Source: a virus
Lineage: Duplodnaviria; Caudoviricetes
Virus record (IMG/VR): IMGVR_UViG_3300047157_000023
Span: 1 to 53,991 of that record
Strand: one strand, 5' to 3'
DNA length: 53,991 bases
The notes beneath the pieces are model-generated. The model worked only from the letters and a program-made list of their open reading frames with translations, did no database searches and was not told the DNA's origin. The position numbers and the translations under genes are program-made. Positions 49,676-53,991 of this stretch are shown one piece after another; the first letter of the stretch is position 1, and every line of letters begins with the position of its first letter.

Positions 49676-49825
49676 TTACCATAGTGGATTCATCATGTCA
49701 AATGTTTCGTACCAAGATGTGCCTTCTAATGCTAGCCACATCAGCACTGGTACACCAATTAAAAAGAAGATGCAAGTTAAAAATGCCCAACCGAGACCTT
49801 TTGTCGTACAGTATTGTTCACCCAT
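49676..49825 (-). CDS. Small membrane protein (49 aa, MGEQYCTTKGLGWAF...)
   Basis: Hand-translated; single TM; coupled to the upstream gene. Confidence 0.55.
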   Translation of the reverse strand: MGEQYCTTKGLGWAFLTCIFFLIGVPVLMWLALEGTSWYETFDMMNPLW

Positions 49826-50042
49826 CTTTTCTCTCCATAATAAAATTAATAAGTTTAGCTACATCAACTTCTGTACCACTTGGATATATAAGTTTAAATT
49901 CCATATCGGTATGTCCAAAGTCTTCATCTAAATCTACTAGCCTATCTACTATTTCTTCAAGGTGATCCCCAGTCTCGTAAACTGGTAGTAATCCTTCTTC
50001 TGTTTCGTACCATCCATCAAGAATAACTTCAGCTGTCATCAT
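49818..50042 (-). CDS. Hypothetical protein
   Basis: 74 aa acidic ORF in operon. Confidence 0.65.
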   Translation of the reverse strand: MMTAEVILDGWYETEEGLLPVYETGDHLEEIVDRLVDLDEDFGHTDMEFKLIYPSGTEVDVAKLINFIMERKDG

Positions 50043-50721
50043 ATGCCCTCAACGCTGTCCATGACTCAGGAAATAACTCCGTCATCTTATCTTCTATTTG
50101 TTCTGCTACAAGCCTAGTCTCATATTGAGTATCAGGCTTAAGCCTTAAACTACACATCTTTGCAAAGGCATGTAGTGATCCTGACCAATACCACTCAGTC
50201 ATCATAGACTGTGGCAGTACCATACGTGCTTGCTCAGGTGCTACACCTGCATCAATAAGATTGCGGTATGCTTCTAAAGTTTTACCATCTGACAAAGTTT
50301 GAACTGTTCTGGGTGATAGAGGAAATCTACCGCTTACGTCTACCATAGTAACTTCACCCTCACTACCTTGTTTCTTATCTTTGGCACGTCCACGCCAAAC
50401 ATCTGGTTGGTAAAACTCAGGCTCACTGTCAACGTAACGCCTACTGATTTCATTCCAAGGCATATACTCATGCTTCTGTAGCTGACGTGCTACAAAGATA
50501 GGAGCTTTGATATGAAACGTAGCAAACGCATGGTTGAACGGTGACTTGTGTTGATGTTTAGCTAAGTAAGATATTAGCTTGGCATCCTTGGGTGTCAACA
50601 CTAACTGCTCACCATTGTGAACTCGTGGCAACCAATCAGACTTCTTACCAAAGCTAACCCTAGCTGCATTGACTACAGATAGATCACTACCCATATGGTC
50701 AACGTATGTTACTTCAATCAT
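50029..50721 (-). CDS. thyX: Flavin-dependent thymidylate synthase
   Basis: GSDLSVVNAARVSF, HKSPF, PIFVARQ, NEISRRY, EQARMVLP. Confidence 0.95.
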   Translation of the reverse strand: MIEVTYVDHMGSDLSVVNAARVSFGKKSDWLPRVHNGEQLVLTPKDAKLISYLAKHQHKSPFNHAFATFHIKAPIFVARQLQKHEYMPWNEISRRYVDSEPEFYQPDVWRGRAKDKKQGSEGEVTMVDVSGRFPLSPRTVQTLSDGKTLEAYRNLIDAGVAPEQARMVLPQSMMTEWYWSGSLHAFAKMCSLRLKPDTQYETRLVAEQIEDKMTELFPESWTALRAYDDS

Positions 50722-51065
50722 CCTGTTTCCTTTTCTTTTATGGAATCCCAGTATTTCTTTTCTTCTTCTGCTGTTTGGTAATACTTGGATAAAAAGTGTT
50801 CTATACCATCACAGTGATAATGTTTTCTACGTTTATCATTTCCCCATCTACCTGTTGTGTAGTAGTAAGAATACCGACTACTGTATCTACTCTCTGGTTC
50901 TTTTTCTTTATATATAAAAATTAAGTTTTGTGCTTCATGTACAAAATAAGCAATACCTTTTGAGTCTAAGCAATCTTTTACAAACTCTAATGTTTCTTCA
51001 GTATATCTTTTAAACTTAGCCTCTCCTTTAGAATTTGTACCAATGTAGTTCCATTTATTACCCAT
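50718..51065 (-). CDS. Hypothetical protein
   Basis: 115 aa ORF coupled to thyX. Confidence 0.7.
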   Translation of the reverse strand: MGNKWNYIGTNSKGEAKFKRYTEETLEFVKDCLDSKGIAYFVHEAQNLIFIYKEKEPESRYSSRYSYYYTTGRWGNDKRRKHYHCDGIEHFLSKYYQTAEEEKKYWDSIKEKETG

Positions 51066-51068
51066 TGA

Positions 51069-51467
51069 TCAATCTCCTTTATAAAATATGTGTGATCCTA
51101 AAGTCACAGTATGTTTATAATGTTTACTCCAAAAAGGTTTAACGTAGTTTGCATGGTAATAGACAGATCCATCGGTATTGTCCTTGACATACCCATGTAC
51201 AACTTTGTGTGCTACAAGCTGAGAGTCTAACCATGCTCGTCTTTCTTTAGGTGTATCTGATTTACCATCACAGTACCAACTGAACTGACATCTACCTATA
51301 CCTTTTTCTAACCCTTGCTTAACTACTTTACATGCATTGTCAGGAAACTTATCATCAGCTACACGATTAAGCACAACGTGAGCTACTGCATACTGTCCTT
51401 CTAATGGCTCACTACGTGCCTCGTAGTACACGTTAAGTGCAATGCATGTAAGCATCTCAGCTATCAT
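51069..51467 (-). CDS. SleB/CwlJ-like cell wall hydrolase (Hydrolase_2)
   Basis: CIALNVYYEARSE...VAHVVLNRV...CQFSWYCDG...YYHA..V.P.W...HIFY. Confidence 0.9.
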   Translation of the reverse strand: MIAEMLTCIALNVYYEARSEPLEGQYAVAHVVLNRVADDKFPDNACKVVKQGLEKGIGRCQFSWYCDGKSDTPKERRAWLDSQLVAHKVVHGYVKDNTDGSVYYHANYVKPFWSKHYKHTVTLGSHIFYKGD

Positions 51468-51661
51468 TTGTTTACTCCTATATTAGTTGGTGCATAGACT
51501 TCACCATTGTATTGGCTACCAGTCTCAGTATCTGCACCAAAGTTACACCATGCTAAGATCAATAGGATTGCCATGATCCAGTAGAATGAAACCTTTACCC
51601 ACTTGATAAAGCCCTCGAATGTTTTCTTAGCTTCTATCTCTGCTGCTTCACTTGGTGTCAT
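51464..51661 (-). CDS. Small membrane protein resembling aa3 cytochrome c oxidase subunit IV
   Basis: KTFEGFIKW followed by a single TM. Confidence 0.45.
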   Translation of the reverse strand: MTPSEAAEIEAKKTFEGFIKWVKVSFYWIMAILLILAWCNFGADTETGSQYNGEVYAPTNIGVNK

Positions 51662-51819
51662 TGTAGTTTTTCCTTTCTGACTTCTTCTACACCTACTGCA
51701 TAATACTGACCTGTTTCAAACATATCTAAAATGATCCGTTTGTCTTTTGCCCTCATGTAAAAACTTATATGACTATTATCATCTCTGTTCTTTTTTATTT
51801 TAACTAAGTACTGCTTCAT
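51658..51819 (-). CDS. Hypothetical protein
   Basis: Start ATG 51819 overlaps the upstream stop. Confidence 0.55.
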   Translation of the reverse strand: MKQYLVKIKKNRDDNSHISFYMRAKDKRIILDMFETGQYYAVGVEEVRKEKLQ

Positions 51820-51989
51820 TGCTGTACCTCTACTTCTAGACAAGCCACTGTCTCTGACTTGTGCGTTACCATCTTAGCTGCTTTACTCAATTCAATCTGG
51901 CACTCTTCTATCGTGGCATAGTTGCCCAATTGATAATGCTCCACTGTCTGCGTACTAAACAGCTGCATCCATACTAATACATACATCAT
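51816..51989 (-). CDS. Small hypothetical protein (57 aa, MMYVLVW...EEC...VAC)
   Basis: Hand-translated; AAGGAG SD. Confidence 0.55.
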   Translation of the reverse strand: MMYVLVWMQLFSTQTVEHYQLGNYATIEECQIELSKAAKMVTHKSETVACLEVEVQQ

Positions 51990-51990
51990 G

Positions 51991-52140
51991 TCATTCTCCT
52001 TTCATGGCTTCCTCAAGATCTCCTGCATAGTCCTGCTCGTCTACTTTAAATGTTACAGTGACATAACCAAACTCATCTATAGCTTCATACTTGTGAGTTG
52101 GACAAGTGGCAAGCCACTCCCAAAATTCTTCTCTATCCAT
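51991..52140 (-). CDS. Small hypothetical protein (49 aa, MDREEFWEWLATCP...)
   Basis: Hand-translated; fills the gap between neighbours. Confidence 0.55.
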   Translation of the reverse strand: MDREEFWEWLATCPTHKYEAIDEFGYVTVTFKVDEQDYAGDLEEAMKGE

Positions 52141-52273
52141 CTGCTACTTCCTTTCCTTTATGCTTCTTCTTTCTAGGTACTACACCTTTCTTTCGATCAG
52201 GTATAGCTCGTTGTTTATACTTTGGTTGCCGAAGGTCTTTTGCCATCGGATTTTTAATGTATCGGTCCTTCAT
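52133..52273 (-). CDS. Small basic protein, ArfA-like pattern (46 aa)
   Basis: MKDRYIKNPMAKDLRQPKYKQRAIPDRKKGVVPRKKKHKGKEVADG. Confidence 0.5.
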   Translation of the reverse strand: MKDRYIKNPMAKDLRQPKYKQRAIPDRKKGVVPRKKKHKGKEVADG

Positions 52274-52445
52274 ACCAGTCATCCCAATCTACTTCAAGTT
52301 CTTTGTGAAACCTAATATCAGCTGCCATTAAAAAGAATAGAGCTGCAAGCTCCATTGCGTACTCATCTTCAATCTTACCCTCTGCAAATAGCTTGCCATA
52401 CTTCTCAAAAGTTTCTATAGGTATTTGTTTATCTTTTTTCTTCAT
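52254..52445 (-). CDS. Hypothetical protein
   Basis: 63 aa; ATGA overlap with the recombinase stop. Confidence 0.65.
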   Translation of the reverse strand: MKKKDKQIPIETFEKYGKLFAEGKIEDEYAMELAALFFLMAADIRFHKELEVDWDDWYEGPIH

Positions 52446-53326
52446 TGCCTTTGTCTCCTCTCCAATGCAGACTTTGCGGTTTTTAAACTAAATTTATTGT
52501 ACGGATTTAAACTACTAACATGTTTATGACCAGTCACAGATTGAATAGCCAAGTGATCTACCTCACCCTCAATCATCTGAACAATGGCGGTCTTACGTAG
52601 ATCACCCACTCTCAGATCATCAGGAAGCCCTGCAAGAGCTTTAACCTCTGCCAGTAGTGCAGACATCTGGTGAACTGTTAGCGGTCTGTACGCACCATCT
52701 GAGGCTCTGTGGTGAGGTACTACATATTCTTGGAAGTCCCAGTCACCTTTCTGTTCAGTGAGCATACCAACTAAGTTGGGTGGTATTGGTAATTCTACCT
52801 CAGCTCCACGTTTAGTCTGTTTAATTTCTACAACTTCCTTATCAAGGTCAACATCATGCCAAGTTAGATTACGAATATCTATTGGGCGTTGACCCCACTC
52901 ATAGCACATCAGGACAATCAGTCCTATGTTACGCCACTCAAACTTTGTGAATGCTGTATCTAGAAATGATAGTACTTGGTCATGTGTCCAGACGACAGAA
53001 CGAGGATCACTGTGGCGTTTCTTAACTCTAGCCATTGGATTGAGCATCATTATCTCCATTGCGATAAGATAATTAATGAGAACTGAAAACACCCTAGCGT
53101 TATGGTTTGCATTAGAGGTGGATGTTTCCAGCTCCCACGTATCGTACATCTCAGAGCACATGGCTATGCTTAACTTATCTAAGTTTACATTACCAAGTTT
53201 TCTTCCCATAACAGACATACGACAGAAAGCTAACAGACAACACTCGTAGTTCTTTTGCGAGGAACTAGAGAGAGAGTTGAACTGACGAGTGTGGAGATAT
53301 TTGTCTACAGCTTTATTAAATTTCAT
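52442..53326 (-). CDS. Tyrosine recombinase / integrase
   Basis: GQRPIDI (R), QTKRG (K), GDLRKT (R), TGHK (H), NPY (Y); start ATG 53326. Confidence 0.88.
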   Translation of the reverse strand: MKFNKAVDKYLHTRQFNSLSSSSQKNYECCLLAFCRMSVMGRKLGNVNLDKLSIAMCSEMYDTWELETSTSNANHNARVFSVLINYLIAMEIMMLNPMARVKKRHSDPRSVVWTHDQVLSFLDTAFTKFEWRNIGLIVLMCYEWGQRPIDIRNLTWHDVDLDKEVVEIKQTKRGAEVELPIPPNLVGMLTEQKGDWDFQEYVVPHHRASDGAYRPLTVHQMSALLAEVKALAGLPDDLRVGDLRKTAIVQMIEGEVDHLAIQSVTGHKHVSSLNPYNKFSLKTAKSALERRQRQ

Positions 53327-53376
53327 ATCTTTCCTATCCAATGTGAGCAGTCATCATGTGGGTCATCTATTTTCAT
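53323..53376 (-). CDS. 17-aa leader ORF MKIDDPHDDCSHWIGKI
   Basis: AGGAGGT SD; its TGA overlaps the recombinase ATG (translational coupling). Confidence 0.5.
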   Translation of the reverse strand: MKIDDPHDDCSHWIGKI

Positions 53377-53408
53377 AGGCACCTCCTACATTAAGGAACC
53401 TATAGTTA

Positions 53409-53468
53409 TACTTAAAGTATTTAATATTACTACTATAAATATTAAAAAACTTTAAGTTACTTAAAGTA
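53409..53468. repeat. WACTTWAAGTW array upstream of recombinase
   Basis: Copies at 53409, 53448 and 53458. Confidence 0.75.
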
Positions 53469-53514
53469 TATATAAAATACACTATTTTGATAAAACATCA
53501 AGTGTGGCACGTTG

Positions 53515-53991
53515 TCACATACGTTTACGTTTGACATAATTGTCACTATAATTATAGTACATGGACATATCATCTATCTGACACTCCTCCATGAGAGTGT
53601 GTGGGTTGAATCCATAGGAGTCAAGTAGTTCTGCAACTCTTGTCGGATAATCTATAATTATCTGCTCAAGGTCAAAGGCATTGTCATCATCATAGTTGTA
53701 CTTATACCCATACTTATCACCACCTGATACGTTACGCCATAGGTCTTCTACCTCTGATACATCACGTTCAAACACTAGACCAGACCAGTCAGCTTGACAC
53801 TAGTGCAAGCAGTAAATCATCAGCATAATCAAGGTCTTGTACCTCATTCTTAGTGTGCTGATTGAAGTAGCCAACACTGATATTTGTACACTCAGATACT
53901 ATTGGTGCATACTCATTGCTGTCAGTATAAGAGCCAGTGCTGTCAGGTTCTAACTGTGACATATTTACAACATCTATAAAAGATTTTGCAA
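53515..53991 (-). CDS. C-terminal part of putative Zn-peptidase (M20/M28-like) phage protein, 5' truncated, frameshift at ~53795
   Basis: Hand translation ...DSTGSYTDSNEY..IVSECTNISVGYFNQHTKNEVQD... leads into ORF 53515-53775. Confidence 0.5.

Noticed and set aside
40929-53455. + strand ORFs inside the replication arm
   Set aside because: Antisense to well-supported genes (nrdJ, polA, primase, thyX, recombinase).
1-53991. Direct circular join of the window ends
   Set aside because: Position 1 is inside the glycosylase-like C-terminus and 53991 is inside a peptidase-like gene; intervening sequence is missing.

Overview
Near-complete genome of a tailed, podovirus-like dsDNA phage, most likely infecting marine Alphaproteobacteria (Rhodobacteraceae/Roseobacter-like, inferred from DUF1127, DUF6127, alpha-type LexA boxes and class II RNR). 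The + strand arm (3850-40568) carries lysis genes, a block of small basic proteins, terminase, portal, scaffold, capsid, tail, two tandem receptor-binding cassettes and internal virion proteins. The - strand arm (2167->1 and 53991->40600) carries early genes, a tyrosine recombinase, SleB-like hydrolase, ThyX, primase-helicase, family A DNA polymerase, SSB, nucleases, MazG and NrdJ. The arms converge on a bidirectional terminator at ~40580 and diverge from a ~1.7 kb non-coding region (2168-3849) that probably holds the physical genome ends; part of the early region is missing between the window edges. Essential genes in 9.3-17.6 kb have many indels that look like sequencing errors. Best candidates for undescribed biology: (1) a dense array of host-repressor-like operators (Zur, Fur/Mur, LexA, ATTC-N8-GAAT) in the presumed terminal DNA; (2) a CUAC/CC RNA internal loop present three times, with compensatory changes, in the scaffold and capsid leaders; (3) a recurring hydrophobic-x-x-GG peptide motif across late proteins; (4) tandem ACTTWAAGT arrays shared by the late promoter and the recombinase upstream region; (5) a DUF1127 gene with an SD-sequestering hairpin, followed by an SD complementary to the cuckoo sRNA motif. 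All family calls come from reading motifs by eye, not from database searches.
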